Positions 11,392 through 24,446 are shown, numbered from the stretch's first letter. The stretch is DNA of 64,000 nt from an uncultured Dehalococcoidia bacterium (GCA_964347635.1 CAYFZI010000005.1:4613-68612), one strand, 5' to 3'. Numbers and translations are program-made. Notes: generated by a model from the letters alone, not told the origin.

Positions 11392-14300
11392 GCAAACCGG
11401 ACAGGCCGCAAAAGCCGCAATCAGTCCTGATCATCGGCAGCGGCCCGATCGTGATCGGGCAGGCGGCCGAGTTCGATTACGCGGGAACGCAGGCCTGTAA
11501 GGCGATGCGCGAGGAAGGCGTGCGCTCGATCCTCGTCAACTCGAATCCGGCCACGATCATGACCGATGAAGGGGTGGCGGACGCGGTCTATATCGAACCG
11601 CTGACGGTGGAAGTGCTGCGGCGGGTGATCGAGCGCGAGCGCCCGGACGGGCTGCTGCCGACGCTCGGCGGGCAGGTGGGGCTGAATCTAGCCGTGGCGC
11701 TGCACGATGCGGGGATTTTGGACGAGTTCGATGTGCGCCTGCTGGGCACGCCGTTGGAGGCGATTCGGCGCGCCGAGGATCGGCAGCTGTTCCGCGAGGC
11801 GATGCGCGAGATCGGCGAGCCGGTGCCGCCGAGCGCGGTCGTGACGACGCTGGCCGCAGCGCGCGAGGCGCTGGCCGAGATCGGCCTGCCCGCGGCGATT
11901 CGGCCGGCCTACACGCTGGGCGGGACGGGCGGCGGGTTTGCCCGCAATCTGGACGAGTTCGAGCGGATCGTGCGCTCCGGCCTCGCCGCCAGCCCGATCA
12001 CGCAGGTGCTGGTCGAGCGCTCGCTGCAGGGCTGGAAAGAGGTCGAGTACGAGGTGATGCGCGACAGCGCGGATACCTGCATCACGATCTGCAATATGGA
12101 GAACATCGACCCGATGGGCGTGCACACGGGCGACTCGATCGTGGTCGCGCCGAGCCAGACCTTGTCGGACAAGGACTACCAACAGCTGCGCTCGGCTTCG
12201 CTGAACATCATTCGTTCGCTCGGCATCGAGGGCGGCTGCAACGTGCAGCTGGCGCTGGCGCCGCGGCCGGATGTGGTGCCCTGGCGCGGCGAGGCGGCGC
12301 CGGACGCCTCGGCCGGCCCGCACGATGCGCCGCTGCCCTATTACGTGATCGAGGTGAATCCGCGGGTCAGCCGCTCTTCGGCCCTGGCGAGCAAGGCGAC
12401 GGGCTATCCGATCGCGCGGGTCGCGGCGAAGATCGCGGCCGGCAAACGGCTGGACGAGATCACCAATCAGGTCACGGGGCGCACACAGGCCGCGTTTGAG
12501 CCGGCGCTGGACTATGTGGTGGTGAAAATTCCGCGCTGGCCGTTCGACAAGTTCAGCGCCGGGGACCGGGTGCTGGGGACGCAGATGAAGGCGACCGGGG
12601 AGGTGATGGCGATCGATCGGACGTTTGAGGCGGCGCTGCAGAAGGCGGTGCGGTCGCTGGAGGTGGGCGGGCGCTCGATGCTCTGGGAAGATCGCGGGGC
12701 CGAGCTGGATCCGGCCGAGGCGGCGGCGACGCCGACCGATAATCGGCTCTGGCACGTGCTGGCGGCGATCCGCGCGGAGGCCGATCTCGATGATTTAGCC
12801 AAGCGCTCGGCGATTGATCCGTGGTTCCTGGAGCGGATGTATGCGCTGATCGAGATGGAGCGCCGGCTGCTCGCGGAGCCGCTGACGCCGGCGCTGATGC
12901 GCGCGGCCAAGCGGATGGGCTTCGCAGACGAGCAGATCGCCAATCTGGCCGGCACCGTCACCGAGCGGGTGCGCGAGCAGCGCCGCGCCTGGGGCATCCA
13001 GCCTGTCTACAAGATGGTCGATACCTGCGCGGCCGAGTTTGACGCCGTCACGCCCTACTTCTACTCGACCTATGAGGAGGAAAACGAAGCGCGCCCGCAG
13101 GGCGGCAGGCGCGCGCTGGTGGTGGGCAGCGGGCCGATTCGGATTGGCCAGGGGATCGAGTTTGACTACGCCTCAGTCAAGGCCGCCCAGGCGCTGCGCG
13201 CGGCCGGTTGGTCGGCGATTATGGCGAATAGCAACCCGGAGACCGTCTCGACCGATTTCGATACCTCCGATCGGCTCTATTTCGAGCCGCTCGATGAGGA
13301 GGCGGTGCGGGACATCCTCGAGAACGAGGAGCTGGACGGCGATGATCAGGACGATGTCGCATCGATCTTGCAGTTCGGCGGACAGACGGCGATCAATCTG
13401 GCCGGCCCGCTGAGCGCGGCGGCGCGGCCGATTCTGGGGTCGGCGGCGGAGGCGATCGATCTGGCCGAGGATCGGCGCCGTTTCGAGCGGTTTCTGGCCG
13501 ATTTGGGGATCCCGCAGCCGCCCGGCACGGCCGTCAACAGCCTCGATGAGGCGATTCTCGCGGCCGACGCGATCGGCTATCCGGTGCTGGTGCGCCCCTC
13601 CTACGTGCTGGGCGGGCGGGCGATGGAGATCGTGCAGGGCAGCGGCGATTTGGCCCGCTACGTGGCGCAGGCGCAGGAGGCGGCGCCAGGCAAGCCGGTG
13701 CTGATCGATAAGTACCTGGCCGGCATCGAGGTGGAGGTGGACGCGATCTGCTGCGGCGATGAGGTGCTGGTGCCGGGGATCATGGAGCATATCGAGCGCG
13801 CCGGGGTGCACTCGGGCGACTCGATGGCCGTCTATCCCGCGCCGAATCTGCGCGCCGGGGAGGTCGGCACGATCATCGAGTACACGCGGCAGATCGGCGC
13901 CGGCCTGGGCGTGCGCGGGCTGATGAACATTCAGTACGTGGTGATGCGCGGCGGCGGGAGCAGCAACAGCGCCGACGGCGATGTGTATGTGCTGGAGGTC
14001 AACCCGCGCGCGAGCCGCACGGCGCCGTTTCTGAGCAAGGTGACCGGCGTACCGATGGTGGAGCTGGCGGTGCGCGCGATGCTGGGCGAGAGTCTGCGCG
14101 ATCAGGGCTACAGCAGCGGGCTCTGGCCGCCGCGGCCGCTGGTCGCGATCAAGGCGCCCGTCTTCAGCATGTCGAAGCTGGGCGGGGTCGATACGCATCT
14201 CGGCCCGGAGATGAAGTCGACCGGCGAGGTGATGGGCGTCGATGTGGACTATGACCGGGCGCTGACGAAGGCGCTGCAGGCGGCGGGTATGGATTTGCCG

Positions 14301-14711
14301 CGCCGCGGCCGCGCGCTGTTGAGCATTGCAGACAGCGACAAGGCGCAGGCGCTGCAGCTGATCCGCGATCTGGGCGAAGCCGGCTACGAACTGCACGCGA
14401 CAGCGGGGACGGCCAGCCTGATCCGCGGGCTGGGCTACGCGGTGCAGGAGCAGCCCAAGCGGGAGCGCACCGGCGACCCAGACGTGATCGACCTGATCCG
14501 CTCGGGCGGCGTTGATGTGGTGATCAACACGCCGGAGCAGACCAGCGTGACGATTCGCGACGGTTTCCATATCCGCCGCGCCGCCGCTGAGCAGCGGATC
14601 CCCTGCTTCACGAGCATCGACACGGCGATCCATGCGGTTTCAGCAACGGTCGCGGGGCGGGAAGATTACCACGTGGCGCCGCTGCCGGCCTACACGGGCG
14701 GATTGGTCTGA
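11388..14711 (+). CDS. carB: Carbamoyl-phosphate synthase large subunit
   Basis: [16 protein letters not shown], two ATP-grasp halves ([19 protein letters not shown]), C-terminal MGS domain. Confidence 0.97.
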   Translation: MSKPDRPQKPQSVLIIGSGPIVIGQAAEFDYAGTQACKAMREEGVRSILVNSNPATIMTDEGVADAVYIEPLTVEVLRRVIERERPDGLLPTLGGQVGLNLAVALHDAGILDEFDVRLLGTPLEAIRRAEDRQLFREAMREIGEPVPPSAVVTTLAAAREALAEIGLPAAIRPAYTLGGTGGGFARNLDEFERIVRSGLAASPITQVLVERSLQGWKEVEYEVMRDSADTCITICNMENIDPMGVHTGDSIVVAPSQTLSDKDYQQLRSASLNIIRSLGIEGGCNVQLALAPRPDVVPWRGEAAPDASAGPHDAPLPYYVIEVNPRVSRSSALASKATGYPIARVAAKIAAGKRLDEITNQVTGRTQAAFEPALDYVVVKIPRWPFDKFSAGDRVLGTQMKATGEVMAIDRTFEAALQKAVRSLEVGGRSMLWEDRGAELDPAEAAATPTDNRLWHVLAAIRAEADLDDLAKRSAIDPWFLERMYALIEMERRLLAEPLTPALMRAAKRMGFADEQIANLAGTVTERVREQRRAWGIQPVYKMVDTCAAEFDAVTPYFYSTYEEENEARPQGGRRALVVGSGPIRIGQGIEFDYASVKAAQALRAAGWSAIMANSNPETVSTDFDTSDRLYFEPLDEEAVRDILENEELDGDDQDDVASILQFGGQTAINLAGPLSAAARPILGSAAEAIDLAEDRRRFERFLADLGIPQPPGTAVNSLDEAILAADAIGYPVLVRPSYVLGGRAMEIVQGSGDLARYVAQAQEAAPGKPVLIDKYLAGIEVEVDAICCGDEVLVPGIMEHIERAGVHSGDSMAVYPAPNLRAGEVGTIIEYTRQIGAGLGVRGLMNIQYVVMRGGGSSNSADGDVYVLEVNPRASRTAPFLSKVTGVPMVELAVRAMLGESLRDQGYSSGLWPPRPLVAIKAPVFSMSKLGGVDTHLGPEMKSTGEVMGVDVDYDRALTKALQAAGMDLPRRGRALLSIADSDKAQALQLIRDLGEAGYELHATAGTASLIRGLGYAVQEQPKRERTGDPDVIDLIRSGGVDVVINTPEQTSVTIRDGFHIRRAAAEQRIPCFTSIDTAIHAVSATVAGREDYHVAPLPAYTGGLV

Positions 14712-14720
14712 GCATCGCCG

Positions 14721-15509
14721 ATGCGGCGCGAGGCGGCGCAGGTGCTGGAGACGGACGAGATCAATCCGGGTGTGTTCGTGACCTGGTACGACGCGCCGGG
14801 CCTGGCTGCAGGCGCGGGCGCGGGGCAGTTTGTGATGGTCGATCCGAGCTGGGAGAGCGGCGCGCTGGATCCACTGCTGCCGCGCGCGTTCTCCTACCAC
14901 CGCTTTCGCGAGGTTGAGAGTGAGCGGCAGTTTGCGCTGCTCTACGAGGTGGTGGGGCGGGCGACGGAGGCGATGGCGAAGCAGCAGCCGGGCGATCGGC
15001 TCTGGATGACGGGCCCGCTGGGGCGCGGGTTCAAGGTCAACCGCAGCGCGCGCAGCCTGCTGCTGGTCGGCGGCGGGGTGGGAATCGCCCCGCTGGCGGC
15101 GTTGGCCGATGAGCAGGTTGCGCAGGGCCGCTCGATCGTGCTCTGCTTCGGCGCGCGCAGCGCCGCCGGCGTCTTCCCGGCGCCACTGCTGCCGCCGCAG
15201 CTGGAGTATTACGTGAGCACCGAGGATGGTTCGCTGGGTCGGCGCGGCCTGGTCACGGAGCTGTTTGCGGAGCACCTCTCCTGGGCCGATCAGTCCTTCG
15301 CCTGCGGGCCGGTGCCGATGTTCCGCAGCATGGCCGCCGTGGTGCGGGCCGACGGGATGCGGCGGGCGGTGCAAATTCTGATGGAGACTGAGATGGCCTG
15401 CGGAACGGGCATCTGCTACGGCTGCGCCGTGTTCACGCGCCGCGGCGTGCGGCTGTGCTGCCGGGACGGGCCGCGGTTCGAGCTGCTGGATGTGTACAGA
15501 GGCCGCTGA
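14721..15509 (+). CDS. pyrK: Dihydroorotate dehydrogenase electron-transfer subunit
   Basis: GPLGRGF, GGGVGIAPL, ACGPVPM and 2Fe-2S motif MACGTGICYGC...CRDGPRF. Confidence 0.9.
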   Translation: MRREAAQVLETDEINPGVFVTWYDAPGLAAGAGAGQFVMVDPSWESGALDPLLPRAFSYHRFREVESERQFALLYEVVGRATEAMAKQQPGDRLWMTGPLGRGFKVNRSARSLLLVGGGVGIAPLAALADEQVAQGRSIVLCFGARSAAGVFPAPLLPPQLEYYVSTEDGSLGRRGLVTELFAEHLSWADQSFACGPVPMFRSMAAVVRADGMRRAVQILMETEMACGTGICYGCAVFTRRGVRLCCRDGPRFELLDVYRGR

Positions 15510-15557
15510 GGTTGGGCGGCCGTCTATCGTTGCGCGGCAAGAGGAAGGATCTGCGAA

Positions 15558-16415
15558 ATGCCGCATGCAAGCCAACGTGAAGGCCGCGTGGTGCTCAACA
15601 ACCTCGTCTTTCCGGAGGGGCCGCGCTGGCATGAGGGGCGGCTGTGGTTTTCGGATATGCACGCGCATGAGGTGGTGGCGGTCGACCTCGAAGGCGCGCG
15701 CGAGACGATTGCGGCGGTGCCCAACCAACCGTCGGGGTTGGGCTGGCTGCCCGACGGGCGGCTGTTGATCGTCTCGATGACCGACCGCAAATTGCTGCGG
15801 CTCGACCCGGACGGGTTGTATGAGGCGGCGGACCTCAGCGAGTATGCGCCGTATCACTGCAACGACATGGTGGTCGATGCGGCTGGCAATGCCTACATCG
15901 GCAACTTTGGTTTCAACTTCCAGGCGGGTGATCCGCCGCGGGCGACAACCATCGTGCGGGTGGCGCCGGACGGCGCTGCGGCGGTCGCCGCCGACGGTCT
16001 GGAGTTCCCCAACGGCACGGTGATCACGCCCGACGGCGGGACGTTGATCGTGGCTGAGAGCATGGGCCAGCGGCTGACGGCGTTTGATCTTGAGGCGGAC
16101 GGTTCGCTCTCGAACCGCCGAATCTGGGCCGATCTGGGCTTTCCGCCGGACGGGATCTGTCTCGATGCGGAGGGCTGCATCTGGGTGGCCGTGCCGACGC
16201 TGCCCGGCGCGGCGGCGCGGGTGGCGGAGGGCGGCGAGGTGCTGGAGCGGATCGAGGTTGAGGATTTCGGCGTCTACGCCTGCATGCTGGGCGGCGCGGA
16301 GCGCAAGACGTTGTTCACGCTGGAGGCGGTGACCGCCGCGCCGCAGCCGGGCGCAGCGCGCACGGCGCGCATTCGGGCGTTTGCGGTCGAGGTAAGCGGG
16401 GCGGGGCTGCCGTAG
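15558..16415 (+). CDS. SMP-30/gluconolactonase/LRE family protein
   Basis: FPEGPRW, CNDMVVD, FPNG, PDGICLDAEG. Confidence 0.92.
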   Translation: MPHASQREGRVVLNNLVFPEGPRWHEGRLWFSDMHAHEVVAVDLEGARETIAAVPNQPSGLGWLPDGRLLIVSMTDRKLLRLDPDGLYEAADLSEYAPYHCNDMVVDAAGNAYIGNFGFNFQAGDPPRATTIVRVAPDGAAAVAADGLEFPNGTVITPDGGTLIVAESMGQRLTAFDLEADGSLSNRRIWADLGFPPDGICLDAEGCIWVAVPTLPGAAARVAEGGEVLERIEVEDFGVYACMLGGAERKTLFTLEAVTAAPQPGAARTARIRAFAVEVSGAGLP

Positions 16416-16418
16416 GCG

Positions 16419-17036
16419 GTGTCCGCCCAGTTCGAGCGAGCCCTCCAGCTCGAGAAGGCCGATCTGCGCCGCCTGCTGCGCGCCGCCCGAGCGGAGCTGC
16501 CGGCCGATCTGCGTGCTGCTTGGTCGCAGGCGATCGCCGCGCGGGTGCAGGGGCTGCAGGAGTGGCGGCAGGCCGAGGCGGTGCAGCTGTTTATCGGCGG
16601 CGCGGCGGGGGAAGTGGAGACGCTGGGGCTGGCGCGCTGCTGTCTCGCTGCCGGTAAGCGGCTGATCTGTCCGCGTGCGGCGGGCGCGGAGCTGGAGCTG
16701 CGGCGGGTGCGCGGGCTCGACGATCTGGAACGCGGAGCGTTCGGGTTGCTGGAGCCGCATCCGCAGCGCACGGAGCGCGCTGCGCCTGAGCAGGTCGATT
16801 TGTTTCTGCTGCCCGGGCTGGCCTTCGACCGCGCCGGCGGGCGCTTGGGCATGGGCGGCGGGTTCTACGACCGGCTGCTGCAGGGCAATGCAGCGCCGCG
16901 TGCGGGGCTGGCCTTCGAGCTGCAGATACTTGACGCGGTTCCTGTTGACGAGCGCGATGCGCCCATGCATACAGTGATCACCGAGCTGCAGGTGATCGAG
17001 ACACACATGCGATCGAGACAGAAAGGCCGCAAATGA
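16419..17036 (+). CDS. 5-formyltetrahydrofolate cyclo-ligase
   Basis: K..LR, FGLLEP, LPGLAFDRAGGRLGMGGGFYDRLL, D.PM..VITE. Confidence 0.92.
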   Translation: MSAQFERALQLEKADLRRLLRAARAELPADLRAAWSQAIAARVQGLQEWRQAEAVQLFIGGAAGEVETLGLARCCLAAGKRLICPRAAGAELELRRVRGLDDLERGAFGLLEPHPQRTERAAPEQVDLFLLPGLAFDRAGGRLGMGGGFYDRLLQGNAAPRAGLAFELQILDAVPVDERDAPMHTVITELQVIETHMRSRQKGRK

Positions 17037-17497
17037 CGACGTTGACGGTTGAACTGGTGGAGCTGCCGACGCGCTATGTGGCTGTGCTGCGGGAGCAGGT
17101 GCCGACGCCCAATCTGAGCGCCGCGTTCGGGCGCCTCTTCCCGGCTGCGTACGGGCAGGCGGCGCAGGAAGGCGCGTCGGACATCGGCCATGTGGTGGCG
17201 CTCTACCACGCGATGGATGAGGCGCAGACGGATGTTTCGGCCGGGGTGGAGGTAGGAGCGGGGTACGCGCCTGCGGCTCCGCTGAGGCTGATTGAGCTGG
17301 CTGCGGGCGAGGCGGCGAAGGTGGATTACTACGGGCCGTATCACGGCATCGGCGCTGCGCACGAGGCCGTGCTGGCCTGGTGCGCAGCGCACGGCCGCGA
17401 GCCCGGCGGCGCACATCAGGAGCGCTACATCACCGATCCTGCGCAGGAGCCGGACGCCTCGAAGTGGCTGACAGAGGTGATTGTGCCGCTGCGGTAG
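17033..17497 (+). CDS. GyrI-like small-molecule-binding domain protein
   Basis: L.AGEAA...YYGPY..I..AH.A...W and ERYITDP..EPD..KW.TEV pattern. Confidence 0.85.
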   Translation: MTTLTVELVELPTRYVAVLREQVPTPNLSAAFGRLFPAAYGQAAQEGASDIGHVVALYHAMDEAQTDVSAGVEVGAGYAPAAPLRLIELAAGEAAKVDYYGPYHGIGAAHEAVLAWCAAHGREPGGAHQERYITDPAQEPDASKWLTEVIVPLR

Positions 17498-17523
17498 CGG
17501 TGCTGCTGCTCCTCCGCCTTCAG

Positions 17524-17583
17524 CATCTCCCCGCAAACGGGGGGAGATGGAAATGGAGGCGGCATCCCGCTCCGCTTGCGGAG
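17524..17583. repeat. Pair of REP-like hairpins between a convergent gene and the tRNA (possible terminator role)
   Basis: CATCTCCCC-GCAAACGG-GGGGAGATG (17524-17549) and CTCCGC-TT-GCGGAG (17570-17583). Confidence 0.5.
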
Positions 17584-17586
17584 GAG

Positions 17587-17661
17587 TGGAGCGGGGGACG
17601 GGATTCGAACCCGCGGCCGCCTGCTTGGAAGGCAGGAGCTCTGCCCCTGAGCTACCCCCGC
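17587..17661 (-). tRNA. tRNA-Gly (TCC)
   Basis: Reverse complement GCGGGGGTAGCTCAGGGGCAGAGCTCCTGCCTTCCAAGCAGGCGGCCGCGGGTTCGAATCCCGTCCCCCGCTCCA: cloverleaf, anticodon TCC, T-loop GTTCGAA, encoded CCA. Confidence 0.95.
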
Positions 17662-17687
17662 GCCGCGCCCATCGTAGCCGGCGCGGC

Positions 17688-19181
17688 TTAGGCGGAGAGG
17701 TATTCGCGCAGGGCGTTGAGCTGCTCGGGGCGGCGCAGCTTGCGGAAGGCGTTGGCCTGAATCTGGCGGATCCGCTCGCGCGTGAGGTTGAACTCTTTGC
17801 CGACCTGATCGAGGGTGCGGGCCTGGCCGTCGACAAGCCCGAAGCGCAGGCGGATCACTTCGCGCTCGCGTTCGTCGAGCGTTTCGAGGGCGTCGGCGAG
17901 CGCTTCGGCGCCGGCCCGTTGCGTGGCCAGCTCCTCAGGCGAGGGCGACTGTTCGTCGGCGATGAAGTCCTCCAGGGCTGCTTCCTCGTCGTCGGCGAGG
18001 CTTTTGTCGAGCGAGGTGGTGCTGCGGCTGATGGCGCGCAGTTCGCGCACGCGCTCGATCGTGAGATCGAGCATGGAGGCGAGGTCTTCGTCGGCCGCCT
18101 CGCGCTGGTACTCCTGGGTGAAGCGGCGCTCGGCGCGCTGCAGCTTGTTGACCAGCTCGGTGGTGTGGACGGGGATGCGGATGATCCGCCCGGCATCGGC
18201 CATGGAGCGGGTCACGGCCTGGCGAATCCACCAGGTCGCGTAGGTGGAGAACTTGTTGCCTTTGCGGTAGTCGAACTTTTCGACGGCGCGGATCAGCCCC
18301 ACGTTGCCCTCCTGGACGAGGTCGAGCAGGCTGAGGTCGGAGCCGCGGTACTTTTTGGCGACGGCAACGACGAGGCGCAGGTTCGATTCGAGCATCCGCT
18401 GCTCGGCCTCGTAGCCGGCCGTCTTGACGGCGCGCAGGCGCCGGCGGATGCGGGCGTCGAGCGGGGCCAGGCGTTCGCCCGCGGCCTCGGAGAGCGGCGC
18501 CTGCAGCAGCTTGTCGCCGCCGAGCGCGTCGGCGCTGGCGGCGAGCAGGCGCGGCTCGAGCAGCGCGGTGACGACCGACAGCCCGATCAGCTGGTCTTCG
18601 GCCTCCGACTCGTCGATCGCGCGGTCGGCGGCGATCTTGCGCACCAGCGTCTGGTTGATGGCGCCGTCGATCATCTCGCGGAAGTCGGGGTCGGCGGTCA
18701 GCTCGTGCAGGTGCCGGTAGGAGATGCCGAGTTCGCCGGCGACGAGGCGCAGGACGGGCATCAGCTCGGAAAGCTGCCGCAGCAGCTCGATCCAGGTGCG
18801 CCGCGCGGCGGGGCGCCGCTCGGCCGCGGCTTCGAGCGATTCTTCGACGCCGTAGAGCCAATGCGCGGCCTCGATGGCCTGCCCGAGTGTCTGTTCGTCC
18901 TCGCGGGTCAGGAGGGCGTGCTGGCCGATGTCGGTGAAGTACTGGCGCACCAGGTCCTCGGTGTCGAGCAGCGCGGTGCGGCGCGCGCGGATCGGCCCGG
19001 GGCTGCTGTCGGCGTCTTCGGCGAAGTGCCAATCGATCGCGCCGAGGCCTGTTTCATCGGGCCTGGCGGCGCGGCCGCGGCGGCGGCGGTCGGCGGCGCG
19101 TTCGCGGTTGGGGCCGCGCACTTCGGAGACGGCCGCCTCGTCGAAGAGGGCGGCGGATTCGGTTCGGCTGGCGTCGGTCAT
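17688..19181 (-). CDS. RpoD/SigA-family sigma-70 factor (probably a group-2-like paralog)
   Basis: Region 1.2 [19 protein letters not shown]; region 2 [46 protein letters not shown]; region 4 [11 protein letters not shown] at 19181 follows a GAAGGGAG RBS. Confidence 0.92.
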   Translation of the reverse strand: MTDASRTESAALFDEAAVSEVRGPNRERAADRRRRGRAARPDETGLGAIDWHFAEDADSSPGPIRARRTALLDTEDLVRQYFTDIGQHALLTREDEQTLGQAIEAAHWLYGVEESLEAAAERRPAARRTWIELLRQLSELMPVLRLVAGELGISYRHLHELTADPDFREMIDGAINQTLVRKIAADRAIDESEAEDQLIGLSVVTALLEPRLLAASADALGGDKLLQAPLSEAAGERLAPLDARIRRRLRAVKTAGYEAEQRMLESNLRLVVAVAKKYRGSDLSLLDLVQEGNVGLIRAVEKFDYRKGNKFSTYATWWIRQAVTRSMADAGRIIRIPVHTTELVNKLQRAERRFTQEYQREAADEDLASMLDLTIERVRELRAISRSTTSLDKSLADDEEAALEDFIADEQSPSPEELATQRAGAEALADALETLDEREREVIRLRFGLVDGQARTLDQVGKEFNLTRERIRQIQANAFRKLRRPEQLNALREYLSA

Positions 19182-19429
19182 AATTCGCTCCCTTCGTGCG
19201 CTGTGCGCTTGCTCGTTCGGTCGGCAAGCGCTACTCAAGCACGCCTACATTACGCTCGCGGGCGGGGATTGGTTCCCGCCTCTGAGTCAGGATGCACGCG
19301 GCATATGTGGCGGGGGCAACGTCCGAGTAAGGCTTTGGGAATTTGGCCGCGCGGCGTCGGCCGGCATGGCGGCCTGCGGGGTGTGAGGGCGCGCCGGCCC
19401 GCGTCAGGAGGAGAGAGTCGCGGCCTGGG

Positions 19430-20014
19430 CTAGTCTCCGGCCGGAGCCGGCTCGAGCGCGCGTGCGGGGGCGTGGCGGACGTCAGCGGCGTCGAGGGGGC
19501 GCGTCCAGGCGGCGAATTCGAGCATGATCCCGTCGGGGTCGAAGAAGTACACGCTGCGCACGAAGGTCGTCTCGTTGACTTCGCGGCTGATCCCGCGGGG
19601 CGAGTTGTCGTGGTTGATGATCGGTGTACAGCGTACGCCGTGATCGAGCAGACGCCGGCGGTATTGCTCGATCCGCTCGGCGGGTACATCGAAGGCGACG
19701 TGGTTCATCGAGGCGACTGCGGTAGTCAGCTCGGCGGTCGGATCGAAGAAGGTGTTGGGGTCGGGCGAGGAGATGCCGGGCTGCGGCGCGGGCGCGCCGG
19801 GGAACCAGAAGAAGGCGAGGCTGGCGCCGTTGCCCATATCGAAGAAGAAATGCTGGCCCATGCCGTTGGGCAGCTCGATCGTTTTGATCAGCGGGAAGCC
19901 CAGCACGTTCGTGTAGAAGTCGACCGTGCGCTGCATGTCGCTGCAGACGAGGGCGAGGTGGTTGACTCCGCTGATCTCGAAATCGCCGTTGGTGCGGCTG
20001 TTGGCGAGCGGCAT
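19430..20014 (-). CDS. VOC/glyoxalase family protein
   Basis: GVNHLALVCSDM..TVDFY, MNHVAFDV, SVYFFDPDGIMLE. Confidence 0.9.
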   Translation of the reverse strand: MPLANSRTNGDFEISGVNHLALVCSDMQRTVDFYTNVLGFPLIKTIELPNGMGQHFFFDMGNGASLAFFWFPGAPAPQPGISSPDPNTFFDPTAELTTAVASMNHVAFDVPAERIEQYRRRLLDHGVRCTPIINHDNSPRGISREVNETTFVRSVYFFDPDGIMLEFAAWTRPLDAADVRHAPARALEPAPAGD

Positions 20015-20132
20015 GGCGGGTTCCGTTCTCCTGGTCTCCTAGCCCGGCTGTCAGTGCAGTGTACTGGGCTGCGGGGCTATCGGGTGCATGTGTGCCTGCA
20101 TTGAAGTTGTCGATAGGGCGGCGGGGAAGTCA

Positions 20133-20160
20133 TTGACGCGAACAAGGATCGAACTAACTT
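20133..20160 (+). promoter_or_regulatory. Candidate sigma-70 promoter for aceB-aceA
   Basis: TTGACG-N16-TAACTT in an AT-enriched intergenic patch upstream of aceB. Confidence 0.4.
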
Positions 20161-20244
20161 AATCTGACGTTCACATCCGCGGCAGCCGGCGGGGCGGACC
20201 TGCGCGGGCCGAGGACGGTTGGCGGAGCGCCAAGCAGGGAAGAG

Positions 20245-21843
20245 ATGGGAACGATCATGACAGAGCTGAGCTTGCCGCAGGGCGTGGATGTGCAGGGCGA
20301 TCTGGGCGAGGGCTTCGCGGAGATTCTGAGCGGGGAAGCGCTGGCGTTCCTGGCCGGCCTGCACCGCCGCTTCGACGCCCGCCGCCGCGAGCTGCTGGCG
20401 CGGCGCAGCGTGCGGCAGGCCGAGTTCGATGCAGGCATCCTGCCCGATTTCCTCTCCGACACCGAGGAGATCCGCTTCGGCAGCTGGAGCGTCGCTCCGA
20501 CTCCGGAAGACCTGCAGCAGCGCTGGGTGGAGATCACCGGCCCGGTCGATCGCAAGATGATGATCGGTGCGCTGAACTCGGGCGCCGACGCGTTTATGGC
20601 CGATTTCGAAGACTCGCTCTCGCCGACCTGGGCGAACGTGGTACAGGGCCAGATCAATGCGCGCGATGCGGTGCGGCGGGAGATCACGTTCGAGAACCCG
20701 GACGGCAGCGTGCGGCGGCTCAACGACCAGATCGCGACGCTGCTGATCCGCCCGCGCGGCTGGCATCTCGATGAGAAGCATGTGACCGTCGACGGTGAGC
20801 CAATCTCGGCCAGCCTGTTCGACGCCGGCCTGTATCTGTTCCACAACGCGGCCGAGCGGATCGCGCGCGGCACCGGCCCCTACTTCTATCTGGCCAAGCT
20901 CGAGAGCCATCTCGAGGCGCGGCTCTGGAACGACGTCTTCAGGGCGGCGCAGGACGAGCTGGGCGTGCCGCAGGGCAGCGTGCGGGCGACGGTGCTGCTG
21001 GAGACGCTGCCGGCGGCGTTCGAGATGGAGGAGATTCTCTACGAGCTGCGCGATCATTCAGCGGGCCTCAACGCGGGCCGCTGGGACTACATCTTCAGCG
21101 CGGTGAAGCGCTTCCGTGCGCGCGGCGAGTTCAGCCTGCCGGACCGCGTGCAGGTGACGATGACGACGCCGTTCATGCGCGCCTACACGGAGCTGCTGGT
21201 GCAGACCTGCCATAAGCGCGGAGCGCACGCGATGGGCGGGATGGCGGCGTTCATCCCCAGCCGCCGTGATCCGGAGATCAACGCGGCGGCGCTCGCGGCG
21301 GTCCGCGCCGATAAGGAGCGCGAGTCGGGCGACGGGTTCGACGGCACCTGGGTCGCGCATCCGGATCTCGTGCCGGTCGCGCGCGAGGTATTCGAGCAGG
21401 CGCTGGCGGGCGCGCGCAACCAGCGCGGGCGGCTGCGCGAAGATGTCGCCGTCGAGGCTCCGCAGCTGCTCTCGCTGGACCAGAGCGGCGGCGCGGTTAC
21501 CGAAGCGGGGCTGCGCCTCAACATCAGCGTGGCGCTGCAGTACCTCAACTCGTGGCTCAACGGCAACGGCGCAGCGGCGATCAACAATCTGATGGAAGAC
21601 GCAGCGACGGCGGAGATTTCGCGCGGGCAGATCTGGCAGTGGATCCGCCACGGCGCGGCGCTGGAAGACGGGCGCGCGATCAGCACCGAGCTGTATGAGC
21701 AGATTCGCGACGAGGAGCTGGAGGCGCTCGGAGGCGAGGCGGCCTCGCGCTACGGCGCAGCGCGGGAAATTCTCGACGGCCTGGTGCTGAACGAGGAGTT
21801 CACCGAGTTTCTGACGCTGCCGGCCTACGCCTATCTCGACTGA
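20245..21843 (+). CDS. aceB: Malate synthase A
   Basis: [53 protein letters not shown]. Alternative start at 20257. Confidence 0.96.
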   Translation: MGTIMTELSLPQGVDVQGDLGEGFAEILSGEALAFLAGLHRRFDARRRELLARRSVRQAEFDAGILPDFLSDTEEIRFGSWSVAPTPEDLQQRWVEITGPVDRKMMIGALNSGADAFMADFEDSLSPTWANVVQGQINARDAVRREITFENPDGSVRRLNDQIATLLIRPRGWHLDEKHVTVDGEPISASLFDAGLYLFHNAAERIARGTGPYFYLAKLESHLEARLWNDVFRAAQDELGVPQGSVRATVLLETLPAAFEMEEILYELRDHSAGLNAGRWDYIFSAVKRFRARGEFSLPDRVQVTMTTPFMRAYTELLVQTCHKRGAHAMGGMAAFIPSRRDPEINAAALAAVRADKERESGDGFDGTWVAHPDLVPVAREVFEQALAGARNQRGRLREDVAVEAPQLLSLDQSGGAVTEAGLRLNISVALQYLNSWLNGNGAAAINNLMEDAATAEISRGQIWQWIRHGAALEDGRAISTELYEQIRDEELEALGGEAASRYGAAREILDGLVLNEEFTEFLTLPAYAYLD

Positions 21844-21909
21844 GCGCGCAGCACAGACCGTGGAACCAACCGGCCGCCGCGGCCGACAGGAGCACAGAGG
21901 GGGCACCGA

Positions 21910-23223
<1,314 letters not shown>

Positions 23224-23243
23224 GTCCGCCGGCGGCCGCTGCC

Positions 23244-23287
23244 GCACTCTCTCCCCCGCAAGCCCAGAGCAAGCAGGGGGAGAGTGC
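23244..23287. repeat. REP-like hairpin downstream of aceA
   Basis: GCACTCT(CT)CCCCC..GCAAG..GGGGGAGAGTGC inverted repeat. Confidence 0.5.
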
Positions 23288-23397
23288 GCTCAGGCGGCCC
23301 GGCGGGGCAGCAAGACTTCTGACCTCGTACTGCTAGCCTGCACCGCGCAACTTGAGCCAGCGTGCGCCCCATGCGGAGGCGCGGAAGGGATGAGGGT

Positions 23398-24339
23398 ATG
23401 AGCGACGGCGTGCATTTCGGTGTGATGGTGCCGCAGATCAAGCGCAGCTGGGCGGAGGCGAAGCGCGCCGCTGAGGCCTTCGAAGAGATGGGCTACGACT
23501 CGCTTTGGGTCAACGATCATCTCTACGGCCCGCAGTCGCCGGCGATTCCGATGCTGGAAGCCTGGACGCTGGCCGCGGGCATCGCAGCGGTGACCGAATC
23601 GCCGCAGATCGGCACGCTGGTGACGCCGGTCGGGATGCGCAACCCGGCGCACACCGGCAAGATGATCGCGACCGTCGACAACATCGCCGGCGGGCGCGTG
23701 ATTCCCGGCTTCGGATCGGGCTGGATGCCGCGCGAGTTCACCGATTTCGGGATGCCCTTCCTCGAGGCCCGCGAGCGGCTCGGGCAGCTCGAAGAGGGCT
23801 TGCAGATCTTCCGTCAGATGTGGGACCCGGACCAAGAGGAGGTCACGTTCGCGGGCGAGTTCTTCCAGACTGAGCGGTTGGTCACCGAACCGAAGCCGCC
23901 GCGCACGCCGCCGATTCTGGTCGGCGGCGGCGGCGAGCGGGTCACGATGCGGATTGCCGCGCAGTATGCGGATATCTGGAACAACTCGGCCGGCGCGCAG
24001 GACAATCTGGCGCACAAGGCCTCAGTGCTGCGCAGCCACGCCGAGCGGCTCGACCGCGACCCGGACGAGATCCGCATTTCCCAGCAGTGCCTGGTCACGA
24101 TCGTTGAGGATGAAGGGCGGCTGGGCCCGATGGTCGAGCGCGCGCAGCGGATCTTCGGCGGCCACATGGGCAATCCGGCCGGTGAGATGGCGCTGAGCGG
24201 CACGCCCGACATGATCAAGAGCCGCATCGCCAAGCACGTGGAGCTGGGCTGCGGCATGTTCATGATCGAGTTCTTCGGCCGCGACACGCTCGAGCCGGCC
24301 CAGGCATTCGCGGAGACGGTGATTCCCGAGTTTCGCTAG
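23398..24339 (+). CDS. LLM-class oxidoreductase (possibly F420-dependent)
   Basis: GYDSLWVNDHL, LEAWT, RNPA..GKM.ATVD..GGR, PILVGGGGE, AAQYADIWN. Confidence 0.88.
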   Translation: MSDGVHFGVMVPQIKRSWAEAKRAAEAFEEMGYDSLWVNDHLYGPQSPAIPMLEAWTLAAGIAAVTESPQIGTLVTPVGMRNPAHTGKMIATVDNIAGGRVIPGFGSGWMPREFTDFGMPFLEARERLGQLEEGLQIFRQMWDPDQEEVTFAGEFFQTERLVTEPKPPRTPPILVGGGGERVTMRIAAQYADIWNNSAGAQDNLAHKASVLRSHAERLDRDPDEIRISQQCLVTIVEDEGRLGPMVERAQRIFGGHMGNPAGEMALSGTPDMIKSRIAKHVELGCGMFMIEFFGRDTLEPAQAFAETVIPEFR

Positions 24340-24446
24340 GGTCGGTTCGCGTTCGGCGCACTCGCTCGGCGCGGGGCAGCCGGGTCTGGCGCCCGCCCCC
24401 GCGCCGGCACGGGAAAACCGCTGCTGCAAGTGAAGGTGAACGAGCC

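Noticed and set aside
16380-16420. 6S RNA upstream of 5-formyl-THF cyclo-ligase (common ssrS-ygfA linkage)
   Set aside because: Only 3 bp separate the gene from the upstream CDS, leaving no room.
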